Assembly: GCA_963749215.1 (NCBI GenBank)
Contig: CAVVMA010000015.1
Coordinates: 277,915 to 341,914, forward strand
Direction: 5' to 3'
DNA: 64,000 nucleotides
From: an uncultured delta proteobacterium
GTDB lineage: Bacteria; Desulfobacterota; Binatia; Binatales; Binataceae
The position numbers and the translations under genes are program-made. Shown here one piece after another: positions 29,404 through 40,061 of this stretch. Under the pieces are notes generated by a model that was not told the origin of the DNA, did not search any database, and worked only from the letters and a program-made list of their open reading frames with translations. Within the stretch, counting starts at the first letter, position 1, and each line of letters opens with the position of its first letter.

Positions 29404-30965
29404 CGGCATCACTGTCCAGCCGCAACTACTCAGACGCGTCGGCAGTGTCGAAACCATTGCAAGCCGTTCGCGCGTCGTTGTGGCTATTGATGCTTCTGGC
29501 TGTGGCTATTACAATTGGCGTTCTTAGTATTCAGTGGCCGTTGCCAATGGCAGCCATGTTAGTAGTTTGCCTTGGTGGCGCAGGTCTGATTGCGATCGTT
29601 GGCGTCGAACGCTGTCTGCCTTTCTGCCTCGCACTCGTAGTGGTAGGTGAAACCAAGTTTCGGGCACGCAATGCCGGCGCGCTCCTCGAGGGCAATATCG
29701 ACTGGGAGGTTGGTTTCGAGCTCGCCTGCTACGGGCTGGTCGGCCTCGTTACGCTCGGGGCGCTCGCAAAACTCAAGCGGCAGGACCTGAAGCCTCGGGG
29801 AGTGGAATTGCCACTGGCCGCCTATACGGTCCTGGCCATTCTATCAACGCTTTGGTCCGTCGACTTCCGCTTGAGTGCCGTTCGGTCGCTTCAGCAGGCG
29901 ATTCTGTTCTCGTACGTATTCGTGCTGGCGCGAATCGAAAGACCCGCGAGGGTAGTGGCTGTCCTGCGGCAAACGCTGACCGCATACGTGCTGACCGGTG
30001 CCGGGCTGGCGCTGTTGGTTCCGGCGGCCAGGTACAAACCCGTCTTGCACGTGACGGCGCTGCGATTTTCGTGGTTTGCCGTACATCCGATAGTCGCCGC
30101 CGAGGAAACGAGCATGGCTCTGATCCTCTTTGCCGTAGGCGCCCTCTTTGCCGGCGAGAATCGGAGCGCGCCGAGGCAAAAGGGCTGGCGATATATTGCC
30201 ATCGCGGCTCTGATAGCGATCTTCATCGCGACGCGAGCGCGCGGTCCCCTGGTCGCGCTGACCGGGACATTGTTCGTGCTCTTTGGGTTGCGCGACCTAG
30301 GCCGAAGCGTCGTTATGTGGTTCGGCGCACTGTGTTTGATCGTTTTTCTGGCCTGCACGCTTGGTGACTTCAGCCCCACCGCCGCCGTGCATAGCCTGCT
30401 CGATTCCCAGCCCTATCTGCGCCAGTACCTGCTGCGCGGAGAAAGCGCCGGTTACGTGATGGGCCTGTCAGGGCGAATCGGTCTCTGGAAGACGATTTAC
30501 CGATTCGTTCTCAAGCGGCCGATTTTCGGTTACGGATTCGTGGCGTCGCGGACGCTTCTATTGCAGTGGTTCAAATGGGCGGGCGAATCGCACAACGCTC
30601 TGGCGGAATCCCTGCTGAACCTCGGGATCGTGGGAACGGTTCTGCTTTGGGGGCCGATGCTCTACGTGGTCGGCGGCTTCTTCCTGCCGCGCGTCGAGCA
30701 TCGCATGAGAGAGCCCTGGGAGGAAATCGCCGCCATCGCCAGTCTGGTCTTTTTGCTGATCATCGCGGTCGATAGCGCCAGTTTTGCGGGCTTCATTACC
30801 TACGATCCGATGGTGTTCGCGGTGGCAATGATGGTGCATCAGCGAGTGCAGACGGAACGAATTCGGAATCCGGCCAAGGGCTTCGTGTCGAGAAGCAGAC
30901 GGACGATATTGCCGTACGGCCTGGACGCCAATCCGCTCGCGGCCGCCGCGGGCAGCCCACGATGA
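29400..30965 (+). CDS. Wzy polymerase / O-antigen ligase family membrane protein
   Basis: Many TM helices, ATRARG, LSGRIGLW, PIFGYGF, HNALAE. Confidence 0.85.
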   Translation: MTASLSSRNYSDASAVSKPLQAVRASLWLLMLLAVAITIGVLSIQWPLPMAAMLVVCLGGAGLIAIVGVERCLPFCLALVVVGETKFRARNAGALLEGNIDWEVGFELACYGLVGLVTLGALAKLKRQDLKPRGVELPLAAYTVLAILSTLWSVDFRLSAVRSLQQAILFSYVFVLARIERPARVVAVLRQTLTAYVLTGAGLALLVPAARYKPVLHVTALRFSWFAVHPIVAAEETSMALILFAVGALFAGENRSAPRQKGWRYIAIAALIAIFIATRARGPLVALTGTLFVLFGLRDLGRSVVMWFGALCLIVFLACTLGDFSPTAAVHSLLDSQPYLRQYLLRGESAGYVMGLSGRIGLWKTIYRFVLKRPIFGYGFVASRTLLLQWFKWAGESHNALAESLLNLGIVGTVLLWGPMLYVVGGFFLPRVEHRMREPWEEIAAIASLVFLLIIAVDSASFAGFITYDPMVFAVAMMVHQRVQTERIRNPAKGFVSRSRRTILPYGLDANPLAAAAGSPR

Positions 30966-30974
30966 GGTGAAGCC

Positions 30975-31715
30975 TTGTTGAGAATCGTCACTACCAGTTG
31001 GGACGACGGCGACGCTCGCGATCTGAGACTGGCGGAAGTTCTGTCGCGCGCGGACGTCAAGGGCACGTTCTACATTCCGACCTGCTACGCGGCTTGCTCG
31101 ATCGATAAGCCCGCGCAACGCAGCTTGCGATCCGCCGGCTTCGAGATTGGATCGCACGGAGTTACGCACCTTCCGCTCACCGCTTCACCCGATCCGATGG
31201 GCGAGCTGACGGACAGCCGCCGGCACCTGGAAGACACGCTTGGCGAACCGGTTCTGTCCTTTTGCTATCCGCTCGGCGCGTTCAACGCGCAAACCGCCGT
31301 GATGGCCTATCAAGCCGGCTACCATCTGGCGCGAACCACCGTCGCTTTCCGCACGGAGGTTCGCTTCAACCCCTTTCAGATGCCGGTCTCGATGCAGTTC
31401 TATCCGCACCCGCGCTCGATACTGGTTCGGCACGAACTGAAGAGCGGGAATCTTCGCGGTCTCTCGGCATGGATGAGAAAGTGGTCGATGAAATCCGGCC
31501 CGCTGGCCCTGGCGCGCGCGATCTTCGAAGACGTGGCCTTGAACGGCGGCGTGTTTCACCTGTGGGGACATTCCTGGGAAATCGATCAGCAGGGTTCCTG
31601 GCACGAGCTCGAAGAGCTGCTGAGGGCGATTTCGCATCGGCCGGGAATTGACTATCTGACCAATATCGACGCATTGAATGTGCTGACTAATGAGAATTCT
31701 GATAATCCACAATAG
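30975..31715 (+). CDS. Polysaccharide deacetylase (NodB-like)
   Basis: TSWDDG, EIGSHGVTH, FCYPLG, HLWGHSWE. Confidence 0.9.
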   Translation: MLRIVTTSWDDGDARDLRLAEVLSRADVKGTFYIPTCYAACSIDKPAQRSLRSAGFEIGSHGVTHLPLTASPDPMGELTDSRRHLEDTLGEPVLSFCYPLGAFNAQTAVMAYQAGYHLARTTVAFRTEVRFNPFQMPVSMQFYPHPRSILVRHELKSGNLRGLSAWMRKWSMKSGPLALARAIFEDVALNGGVFHLWGHSWEIDQQGSWHELEELLRAISHRPGIDYLTNIDALNVLTNENSDNPQ

Positions 31716-32955
31716 CTACCGGCAGCGCGGCGGCGAGGATGTCGTCGTGGATCGGGAATCCGCGCTTCTGAGGGCATTCGGCCACGAGGTCGTCGAATAT
31801 CGGCGAACCAACTGGGAGCTCGCGAATTATCGTTTCGGCAAACTGGGCGTTGTCAGTCAGGGGATGTGGTCGAATACCACGTACCGCGAAGTGACCGGCT
31901 TGATTGGGAAATGGCGGCCTGACGTGGCTCACGTTCACAATACACTCGCGGTCGTCTCGCCCTCGGTGTACTACGCGTGCAGGCGGCTTGATATTCCGGT
32001 TGTGCAGACCCTGCACAACTACCGGCTAATCTGCACGCGCGCAGACCTGTTCCGCGAAGGCACGATCTGCGAGCAATGCCTGGGCCGCAGCGTTCCCTGG
32101 CCGGCGATCAAAAACCGGTGTTACCACTCGTCCGCCGCGCAGACGGCCGCCGTCGCAGCGATCTACCAGGGCCATCGCCTGCTGGGCACATGGTCGAAAC
32201 AGATCGATGTCTACGTGACGCCGAGCGAGTTCGCAAAGCAGAAGCTGTGCCGCGAGATTCTCCCGGCCGATCGAGTCGTGGTCAAGCCGAATTTCGTATG
32301 GCCCGATCCGGGCGCCCGCGAGGGTCGCGGCTCGTATGCGATTTTTATCGGCAGGCTTGCCCCGGAAAAGAAGATCATCACGCTTCTGCACGCTTGGCGG
32401 GACTTCAAGCAACTGCCGCTCAGAGTGCTGGGAACCGGCAGCTCCGAGGAAGAGCTGCGCGTCCATGCCCGGCAGAACGGGTTGGACAACGTCGAGTTCT
32501 GCGGGCTTCGAAATCAGGCTGAGGTGTTCGCCGCACTCAAACAGGCTGCCTTCCTGATCTTTCCCTCCGAATGGTACGAGACCTTCGGTTTGGGAATGGT
32601 CGAGGCCTACGCCTGCGGCGTACCGGTGATCGCATCGCGGCTGGGCGCGATGGCTGAGATCGTGCAGGCGGGAAAGAGCGGATTGTTGTTCACGCCCGGC
32701 GATTGCGCCGATCTCGCCGCAAAGGTCGGTTGGGCGATCTCTCACCCGGACGAAATGGCGGAGATGGGGAAGTTTGCGCGAGGACTCTTCGAGGCCAACT
32801 ACTCGGCGGACAAGAATTACGAATTGCTCATGATGATTTATCGCCGCGCGATCGAGTCGCGGCGGGCCGCGCGGACCCGCGCGCGTACTCCAGCACGCGC
32901 TGGAGCAGCTCTCGGGGCTTGCGCGGGGAAAATCGGAGTCGCGGGACAGACATGA
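31690..32955 (+). CDS. Glycosyltransferase family 4
   Basis: HNSYRQRGGED, GRLAPEK, PSEWYETFG, EAYACGVPV. Confidence 0.92.
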   Translation: MRILIIHNSYRQRGGEDVVVDRESALLRAFGHEVVEYRRTNWELANYRFGKLGVVSQGMWSNTTYREVTGLIGKWRPDVAHVHNTLAVVSPSVYYACRRLDIPVVQTLHNYRLICTRADLFREGTICEQCLGRSVPWPAIKNRCYHSSAAQTAAVAAIYQGHRLLGTWSKQIDVYVTPSEFAKQKLCREILPADRVVVKPNFVWPDPGAREGRGSYAIFIGRLAPEKKIITLLHAWRDFKQLPLRVLGTGSSEEELRVHARQNGLDNVEFCGLRNQAEVFAALKQAAFLIFPSEWYETFGLGMVEAYACGVPVIASRLGAMAEIVQAGKSGLLFTPGDCADLAAKVGWAISHPDEMAEMGKFARGLFEANYSADKNYELLMMIYRRAIESRRAARTRARTPARAGAALGACAGKIGVAGQT

Positions 32956-33019
32956 AACGAAGCGCCTCAATGATCGGTACGCGGAAAGCATTGATTCTGT
33001 TCGATACGGATGGTCGGCA

Positions 33020-34624
33020 ATGAAAAGACGTATGTACCTGATGGTGTTTGTGTTCTCGCTGCTACCGGGCGCTCAATTCGCGTTCGGGCAGGTGACGGGA
33101 GCGCAAATCGACGAAACTCGGATTCAAGTTCAGCTCTACGTTGATCAGTCGAATCCCGCAGCGAGCGACAAGAACTCCGGAACTGCAGGTTCTCCCTTCC
33201 TGACGATCGGCGCGGCCGTTGCGCGAGCTTCGCAGAAATCCGGCGGCACGAAAATCTGGATCGCCCCCGGCGTCTATCGCGAATCCCTTGCGCTGGCAAA
33301 TTTCAACCAGGGCAATCCGTATCCGCTGATTCTGCAGGCGACCACGACCGGGAAGACCGTAATTTCCGGGTCGGCGGTCTGGACGGGTTGGAGCAAACAG
33401 TCCAACGGCACATATGCGCATTCGTGGCCGTACTCGTGGGGCTACGCTCCCGTTCCTTCAGGATGGCCGGTGCTCGCTCCGATTGTGACCCGGCGGGAGA
33501 TGATCTTTGTCAACGGACTGCCGCTCTCCCAGGTGCTGGCCAAGTCGGCACTCGTACCGGGAACGTTTCTGGTGGCCGACGGCCAATCCGTAACGATCGA
33601 CCCGCCCGCTGGGACGCAGCTCGCGGCCGCTCAAGTCGAGGTTGCGATCCGGTCGGGCCTGTTCCAGACGCCAAACGGCATAAGTAACCTGGTGCTGCGC
33701 GGCCTGACCTTCCAGTACGACAATACGCCGGCCAACGGCAATGGAATGGCCGCGGTGAATATCGCCGGCGGCGCTCAAATCCTGGTCGACCAGTGCTCGT
33801 TTCGTTACAACAACTGGTCGGGTCTGTCGGTGCAGGGCACCGCGATTACGATCCAGAATAGCTACGCCGATCACAACGGCGAAAAGGGCGTCGATTTTTT
33901 CGAGATCTCAAATCTTTTGTTCGCCGGCAATCAGACCTCGTTCAACAACTGGCGGGGTGCCTTGGGGAGTTTTACCGGCTGGGACGCTGCCGGGATGAAG
34001 GCCTGCCGGCTGCACAACGCTCTCATCTCCAACTATGTGTCGGCCTACAATCAGACCGGTGGTGTGTGGTTCGATACCGACGTATCGGGAGTCCAGATCA
34101 CCAATTCGCAGCTCTGCTACAATTTGACCAACGGCGCTTTCGTCGAAGTCAGCGAGGGTCCGGTTGCGATTCACAACACCCTGATCCTTCAGAACGGAGG
34201 CTCCGGGGTTCAGGTCTCCAATTCGGCCGGGGTGAGTGTGGCCAACAGCGTGGCGTACGCGAACGGACAATCGGCCATTTTGATCGGCGGGAGCGACATC
34301 CCGGCCAAAGTGACCGACTTCCAAAGCGGAGCTGCCTATTCGCTGTACTCCCAGGGAATGAATCTCCAAAGCAACTCATTTGCCGGGACTTCATCCAAAC
34401 AATTTCTCGCGGTCGGGAATATAACTTCATCATGGCCGATCTTCGTTCGCACGCTCAGCTCGGATTTCAACGACTGGTTCGCCCCGGCCAATGCGACTCC
34501 GTTCTGGACCTCGAGTGGCGGCCTGAATCTCAAGCAGTGGCAATCGACCACCGGCGAAGACTCTCACTCCACCTCAACTGCGCCCAACGTCAGCCTGCCG
34601 ACGACGTGTGGAGTGATGGACTGA
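33020..34624 (+). CDS. Secreted right-handed parallel beta-helix protein (possible lyase/hydrolase)
   Basis: Signal peptide, YVD..N..ASD.NSG, PGVYRE, Asn-rich PbH1-like repeats. Confidence 0.85.
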   Translation: MKRRMYLMVFVFSLLPGAQFAFGQVTGAQIDETRIQVQLYVDQSNPAASDKNSGTAGSPFLTIGAAVARASQKSGGTKIWIAPGVYRESLALANFNQGNPYPLILQATTTGKTVISGSAVWTGWSKQSNGTYAHSWPYSWGYAPVPSGWPVLAPIVTRREMIFVNGLPLSQVLAKSALVPGTFLVADGQSVTIDPPAGTQLAAAQVEVAIRSGLFQTPNGISNLVLRGLTFQYDNTPANGNGMAAVNIAGGAQILVDQCSFRYNNWSGLSVQGTAITIQNSYADHNGEKGVDFFEISNLLFAGNQTSFNNWRGALGSFTGWDAAGMKACRLHNALISNYVSAYNQTGGVWFDTDVSGVQITNSQLCYNLTNGAFVEVSEGPVAIHNTLILQNGGSGVQVSNSAGVSVANSVAYANGQSAILIGGSDIPAKVTDFQSGAAYSLYSQGMNLQSNSFAGTSSKQFLAVGNITSSWPIFVRTLSSDFNDWFAPANATPFWTSSGGLNLKQWQSTTGEDSHSTSTAPNVSLPTTCGVMD

Positions 34625-35380
34625 AGGCGGCCCGACCCCAGCGCCGGGAGCCGTCCAGGATAGTTCGTTCGCTGGTGCTTGGCTGGCCTGTGCGACGTAG
34701 AGCAGGGTGCCGCCGAACTTCGGGAGCCTTTCGAGCAGGGCCTTTCCGAGCCGGAATGAACCGGCGCGCCTGGCATACGGCTGATAGCACGTGAAAGTCT
34801 CCACCACCCGGTAGCCGTGGCGCTCGAGCAATTGCCTCAGGGTTACAGGATTGAAGCTCAGGACGTGCTGTTTGCCTTCCGCAAATCTCCCCGACGCGTA
34901 ACGCAGAAAATTCGGCAGGCCCATCGCGTTCGGAGTCGAAACGATCAGCCGGCCGTTCGGCGCGAGCAGAGGCCTGATCCCGTCGAGCATATTCCCGGGA
35001 TTTGAGAGGTGCTCGATGATGTCCGCAGCCGCGACCACATCGAAAGCGGCGCGTTCCAGGGGCGTCTTGTCGAGCTGTTCCACGTCGCCCGCGATAGCGT
35101 TGAGGAAGACCCCTTTGCGCTGCATCTGCAACAACGAATCGCGATCCAGATCAACCCCGGTGCAGGTTGAAATCGCGCTGAGCCGCGCATGCAGAGTTCC
35201 CGATGCGAGCGCGACCTTTTGGTCGACCGGGCAATCCGTGAACCCCACGCAGCCCAGATGCAGAACACGTTTGCCCCGGCACCATTGGAGCAAAGCAGCG
35301 TCACGATCCAGGTATCGCGCCGGGCCGTGCGCAATCGAATCCATGACGATACGACGATTAGTCCGGGCCTGCATTTGCAC
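34574..35380 (-). CDS. Class I SAM-dependent methyltransferase
   Basis: VLHLGC, GVDL, DIIEHL.NPG, IVSTPN. Confidence 0.85.
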   Translation of the reverse strand: MQMQARTNRRIVMDSIAHGPARYLDRDAALLQWCRGKRVLHLGCVGFTDCPVDQKVALASGTLHARLSAISTCTGVDLDRDSLLQMQRKGVFLNAIAGDVEQLDKTPLERAAFDVVAAADIIEHLSNPGNMLDGIRPLLAPNGRLIVSTPNAMGLPNFLRYASGRFAEGKQHVLSFNPVTLRQLLERHGYRVVETFTCYQPYARRAGSFRLGKALLERLPKFGGTLLYVAQASQAPANELSWTAPGAGVGPPSVHHSTRRRQADVGRS

Positions 35381-36218
35381 CCGGACGCCCCGGCAGGTGA
35401 GAGCCGCGGGCCGGCGCAGGCTGGTATCGATACAGGAACTGTTTTGCGATCAGAGCGACGAACCGCGGGTTGTTGACGAGATATCGGCGCCAGAGCCTTC
35501 GCGGCTCGGTCAGCAACCGAAACATCCATTCCAGTCCCGACCGCCGCATCCATAACGGAGCCTGTCTCTTGACGCCGGCTATAAAATCGAACGCCGCGCC
35601 GACGCCGACCAGGACCGGAACGTTCAGCCGGGCAGTATGCGCCGCCATCCATCGCTCCTGGGTCGGAGTACTAAGTCCCACCCATACTATATCCGGAGCC
35701 GCAGCGCTGATGAGATTGACTACTTCGTCGTCCTGCGCGGGAGTGAGCGGTCGAAACGGCGGGCAATGGCGGCCGACAATTCTGATTCCCGGATAGAGCT
35801 CGCGCAGGCGGCACTCCAGCTTTTCGCCGACTCCCGGGGCTCCGCCGTAAAGAAAGTGACGGTACCCGCGCGCCACCGAGTGTTCACAAACGGCGCGCAT
35901 CAGGTCCGGCCCATAGACCCGTTTGACGTGGCGAAACCCCATCGCCCGGCTGATCCAGACCAGCGGCATTCCGTCCGGCGTCACAAGCCCGGCACGGTTG
36001 TGGATCGCGCGAAGCTCGGTGTCCTTGCGGCTTTCCATGACGCCGTGGACGCCGGTGACGCATATATAGTTTGATGCGCGCTCGGCTATCCATTTGTCTA
36101 TGGTGTCGAGCGCGATCGGCAGGTTGATTGCGCTCACGCCGACACCCAGAATATCCGATCTGGGTATGCTCAGTCCCGCGTTCAGAGATCCGCTGAGATG
36201 TCGATCGGCTCCTGGCAA
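35358..36218 (-). CDS. WecB/TagA/CpsF family glycosyltransferase
   Basis: PDGMPLVW, RVYGPDL, VGVGAAFDF, GLEW.FRL..EPRRLWRRY. Confidence 0.93.
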   Translation of the reverse strand: MPGADRHLSGSLNAGLSIPRSDILGVGVSAINLPIALDTIDKWIAERASNYICVTGVHGVMESRKDTELRAIHNRAGLVTPDGMPLVWISRAMGFRHVKRVYGPDLMRAVCEHSVARGYRHFLYGGAPGVGEKLECRLRELYPGIRIVGRHCPPFRPLTPAQDDEVVNLISAAAPDIVWVGLSTPTQERWMAAHTARLNVPVLVGVGAAFDFIAGVKRQAPLWMRRSGLEWMFRLLTEPRRLWRRYLVNNPRFVALIAKQFLYRYQPAPARGSHLPGRPGANAGPD

Positions 36219-36264
36219 CTGACCAAACCCTCGACTACCGCGGAAGCAAAAGCCCCGGCGCGCT

Positions 36265-37131
36265 TCACGGCGAAGGAGCGCCTGCTTCGGAAGACGCGAT
36301 GTGAACGCTGATTCCCAGGTGAGATTTCTTGTCTTGAGTCCGTGCAGCCTGGCCGAAAACGGGCTTACTCAGCTCGATCCAGTCCTGAAAGGCGCTGTTC
36401 GCTTCGACTTCGTCCGCGACTACCGCCGCTCGATCCGCAAGGTACGGACGAATCATGGACAACTCTCCGAACTTCACGTCGTAGGCGCGACTGGTGTCGA
36501 GCACGGCGAGCCCGATGGGTCCGAGCTTCGGCAACAGGGTCGGCAGCACGCGTTTGCTGGTACCGCGATGGAGCCGCCATCGGTGCCGCAGCGTTTCAGG
36601 GACCAGAACGCCTACGTACCACTCGTTTTCGGGAAGGCAGGCGGCCAGCGGCGGCAGATCGACGCTATGCAATTCGCCACCGCCGTTTGCTTCCAGCGCT
36701 TTCAGGATGAAGGCCGAAGTCACGCCGTAGGCTACGCCGGTTTCAAGCACGACCTCCGGCCTGATCATCCGGCAAAGGGCATAGCAGATATCGGCCAGCC
36801 GGCGGTCGGCATTGTAGCGAATCAGGAACGGCGGATCGGCGAGCCGCTCGCCGATCGCACGGCAAACCTCGCCGGCGATCTCGGTGTATTGAGACTCCTG
36901 CAAATATTGCCCGGCGTCGCTGCCCAGCAACGCCGAGAGCCCGCGCAGAAGGTCCGGCCACTCGACAATGTCCTGCCGGGGGACGTTTGTTCGGGTGCTT
37001 TGACGGAAGAACGCATCGCCCGTCTGCATCGCGATCCGATCGTAGAGTTCCATCGGACGGCTCAAGAGCAAATGCAGCGCGACCAGCGGTTTCCTTGCTC
37101 GGCTGATTTGCATCGTACCCCGGCAGTTCAA
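36265..37131 (-). CDS. Class I SAM-dependent methyltransferase (Methyltransf_24-like)
   Basis: PEVVLETGVAYGVTS, LHSVDLP, GTSKRVLP. Confidence 0.82.
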   Translation of the reverse strand: MNCRGTMQISRARKPLVALHLLLSRPMELYDRIAMQTGDAFFRQSTRTNVPRQDIVEWPDLLRGLSALLGSDAGQYLQESQYTEIAGEVCRAIGERLADPPFLIRYNADRRLADICYALCRMIRPEVVLETGVAYGVTSAFILKALEANGGGELHSVDLPPLAACLPENEWYVGVLVPETLRHRWRLHRGTSKRVLPTLLPKLGPIGLAVLDTSRAYDVKFGELSMIRPYLADRAAVVADEVEANSAFQDWIELSKPVFGQAARTQDKKSHLGISVHIASSEAGAPSP

Positions 37132-37299
37132 GCTCCGCGATTTCGGCGGCGAAGCGATTGTCCGACAGGTCGTATTCCGGCCTCAGACGTGAACCGCAGC
37201 ACCGGTTCGCTCGGCACGTTCTGTATCTATTTCCTACTATAAGTAGCAGAAAAGCGCAAGCGAAACCCCGGGTCGAGGGCGCGCGGCGGCTGATTCCCG

Positions 37300-37364
37300 T
37301 TCACGTGCGGCGCGGGCGAAACTCGCCGCGCAGAACGTTGGCTTCGCGCCGAAAGACCTCGGCG
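37300..37364 (+). repeat. 65-bp direct repeat, copy 1 (duplicate of the LysR 3' end)
   Basis: TTCACGTGCGG...GACCTCGGCG matches 38399-38463 with 1 mismatch. Confidence 0.9.
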
Positions 37365-37569
37365 GACTTGGTTGCGTAAAGGGTTGAATTGCGAACCTGA
37401 CTTGACGCCCCGTCCCCGCTCCGTGTGGCTAGGAGGTGGTAGACGTGCGGCTCCGAGCATCCGAACGTGACCGCGCGAGCGGATTGATAATTCCGGGACG
37501 ATCGCGAGAAGGAGGGTCAGCGGTAGGCGCTGCGAGGAAAGGGGTGGCCGGTCATCGGCCTTCTGGCCT

Positions 37570-37911
37570 TCAGGGTCTGTGCCAAGAGATCGCGTTGCGC
37601 GGAAGTCTCCACTGACGAAGGACGTACGAGACTAGCCGTGCGAAGACTTCCTTGTCCGTCACCTCAAAGGGCAGATAGACGGCGGTTGTGTCCTCCGGAT
37701 ATCCCCGGTAGTGCCGCAGGACGAACTCATGGCCGGCGAGGTCGTCGAGCTCTATTTCCCTGGTCCCTCGGTAAATGTCCAAGTCATCGTGAGATTCAAA
37801 GAAGTGCGGCCCCATTCCCTCGAAAAAAGACACCGGTCGCTTGATCACCGCCACCGGGACCCATTCGATCTCTTTGCGCGGATGTCGTGACGCTGCGGGA
37901 TGTCGTGACAC
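37570..37911 (-). CDS. Hypothetical protein
   Basis: Globular-looking 113-aa ORF between the 65-bp repeats; no recognised family. Confidence 0.5.
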   Translation of the reverse strand: MSRHPAASRHPRKEIEWVPVAVIKRPVSFFEGMGPHFFESHDDLDIYRGTREIELDDLAGHEFVLRHYRGYPEDTTAVYLPFEVTDKEVFARLVSYVLRQWRLPRNAISWHRP

Positions 37912-38398
37912 CGATTCTCACCTACACGATCTTCGTTATCTTTGTCGGAATCCAGGCGAAACCGAGAGCATTGAGCTCTATGCTCGGCTTTAGTCTGCGT
38001 GGGAGACTCAGTATCGGCAGTAGATCGGCCGGCTTGGCCTGGTTTGCCTGCTCTGCTGCCAAGACATCGATCGCAAGGGCTGTACCGCGCGGAAAGCATC
38101 GAATTTAGGCGGCGCCTTGGCTTTCCCTTTGTAGCAGAAGGTGCAGAACTGCCTGCTCTAGTGTAGCCGTCTCGCAACTTGCAAACGTTGATAACACACC
38201 GAATCTGCATTAATAAGCTGGCGTTTCGACGGTTGTCATCAGCTGGGCATGCTATGTCGGCTGTCCCGTCCGGAGATAAGTCGCAGTTTGTGAGCCGCAT
38301 TCGTTCCATTTATGGCACAAGATCGAGCTGCGGCACACGTCAAAATTGTACACGAAGCCCGTCGTTCGCCGCCAGTCGAAGATTGATCGCGATTTTCA

Positions 38399-38463
38399 TT
38401 CACGTGCGGCGCGGGCGAAACTCGCCGCGCAGAACGTTGGCTTCGCGCCGGAAGACCTCGGCG
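38399..38463 (+). repeat. 65-bp direct repeat, copy 2
   Basis: Matches 37300-37364; contains the stop codon of the LysR fragment. Confidence 0.9.
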
Positions 38464-38760
38464 ATCGCGTCGGCGACGATTCTGACCCTTGCAGCGCGAC
38501 GCAGGTCTTCGTGATGGAGCAGATACAGCGGCTGAAAGTGCGGCGGAGCCTCCGGCCACAGCCGTACCGGCCGCGGCTCCTTCTCGGCCATGTAGCAAGG
38601 AATGAATCCGATTCCGAAGCCCTCGGCGACAGCGCGTGAAAGCGCAAGCGTGCTGTTGCTGCGGAATACGATCCGCGCGCCATCGACCGGTTCGCCCATG
38701 AACTGCGAAGCGGCTCGCGGCAGCAGATAAGTCCAGGCGACCAGATCGTGATTCGCCAGT
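38400..38760 (-). pseudogene. LysR-type regulator, C-terminal substrate-binding fragment
   Basis: RSNSTLAL..AV.EG.GIG.IPC and LLHHEDLRRAARVR.V.D; no HTH present. Confidence 0.7.
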
Positions 38761-38865
38761 CCGGCCCCGGCGGCCTCAGCGTGGGTAGCGAATGGTGTGG
38801 AAAACGTAGCGGAAGGCTCGGAACCTGCGGGTCAACGCCACCGGCAAGTCAGCTTTGATTGCACG

Positions 38866-40020
38866 CTAACCCGGGATTTCCGTTTTGGTCTCCGCTTTCA
38901 ACTCGCCGTGTAGAGCCAACGGCCACCCTCGGCAAGGTTTTAACGGCGGGAGGCCGCAGGTGCCGAGCATGGCGCTTTCCCATGCGTCGATCTGATAGGC
39001 GGAGTTCATCTCGCAGCGCCCGGCATGGGCGAGGGCTGCGGCGGATAGGTCGTCATAGTGCCGTCCATGCTGCCAAAGTTTGCGAACGGTGGAGGCCCAA
39101 TCGGCAATCGGCTGCTCAGGGTCGAGAAGGATTCCGCCCGGTCCGACGGCCTCGGGCAGCCCGCCACGGGACGATGCGACGACAGGAATGCCGCTGATTT
39201 GGGCCTCGGTTGCGACTCGCCCGTAGGCTTCTTCCCACACAGACGGCGCAAGCAGAATGCCGCATTTTCCGTAGACCACGCGCATGTCGTTCTGCGGCGG
39301 CAGAAATGTGACATTGCGAAGCGCTTGGAGTTTCTGCATCAGATGTCGCCGGTTGTGGTCGAAGAGTCGCCACGATTCGACAAAGGTAAAGGGAATCTCC
39401 GGGCAGAGGCGGGCGATACCGAGAGCGATGTCACGGCCTTTGATGGGGAGGGGATTGATGAAGGTGACGTTTTCCCTCGTGCTTTGGGCCCTGTATCTGT
39501 CCGCGGAAATGAAGGGATAGATCACGCGCGGGTTGATGCCGAAGACAGCGCGGTACTTGTCCGCAGTGAACCGGGAGTTCGCAACGCAGGGAACGTTGCC
39601 CAGGTCCCCGAAGCGCCCACCGAGCAAGTGAAATTCAACGTTCTGCAACCGCATCAGAATGGGAATTTGCGCGCGCTTCGCTGCCAAAGCCATCCGTACC
39701 GGCGCACCAGACATGGCAACGATGAGTTCGGGCTTCTCTTTATCGGCCACATAGTCGAGCGCGTCCCACGGAAACCAGGTACGCCACACGGGATATTCGG
39801 ACCCGGCATCGCGAGACACCTTGCAGCCGGAGAGCCTCTGATTGATCTCCATCTTGATGCGTGATTTCCAGCCGACCAGACCGGCCGGCTTCAATCCAGC
39901 CAGTACGGCAACGCCGTGTCCTCTGCGTTTGAGGTCGATGCACAGTTCGTTCGCTGATGACTGCATACCGCCGCGTGACTGCGGAAGGTATGGACTGGCG
40001 GTTACGAACAGCACTCGCAT
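38866..40020 (-). CDS. Glycosyltransferase family 4
   Basis: YLPQSRGG, INP..IKG, PSVWEEAYGRVATEAQISGIPV. Confidence 0.9.
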   Translation of the reverse strand: MRVLFVTASPYLPQSRGGMQSSANELCIDLKRRGHGVAVLAGLKPAGLVGWKSRIKMEINQRLSGCKVSRDAGSEYPVWRTWFPWDALDYVADKEKPELIVAMSGAPVRMALAAKRAQIPILMRLQNVEFHLLGGRFGDLGNVPCVANSRFTADKYRAVFGINPRVIYPFISADRYRAQSTRENVTFINPLPIKGRDIALGIARLCPEIPFTFVESWRLFDHNRRHLMQKLQALRNVTFLPPQNDMRVVYGKCGILLAPSVWEEAYGRVATEAQISGIPVVASSRGGLPEAVGPGGILLDPEQPIADWASTVRKLWQHGRHYDDLSAAALAHAGRCEMNSAYQIDAWESAMLGTCGLPPLKPCRGWPLALHGELKAETKTEIPG

Positions 40021-40061
40021 GCGGTGTCGTTTTTGATGAAGGCGCAAACCCGCCCCGAGCA

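Noticed and set aside
37845-38309. 154-aa minus-strand ORF inside the repeat-bounded insert
   Set aside because: No recognisable motif and atypical composition; cannot be supported as a gene.
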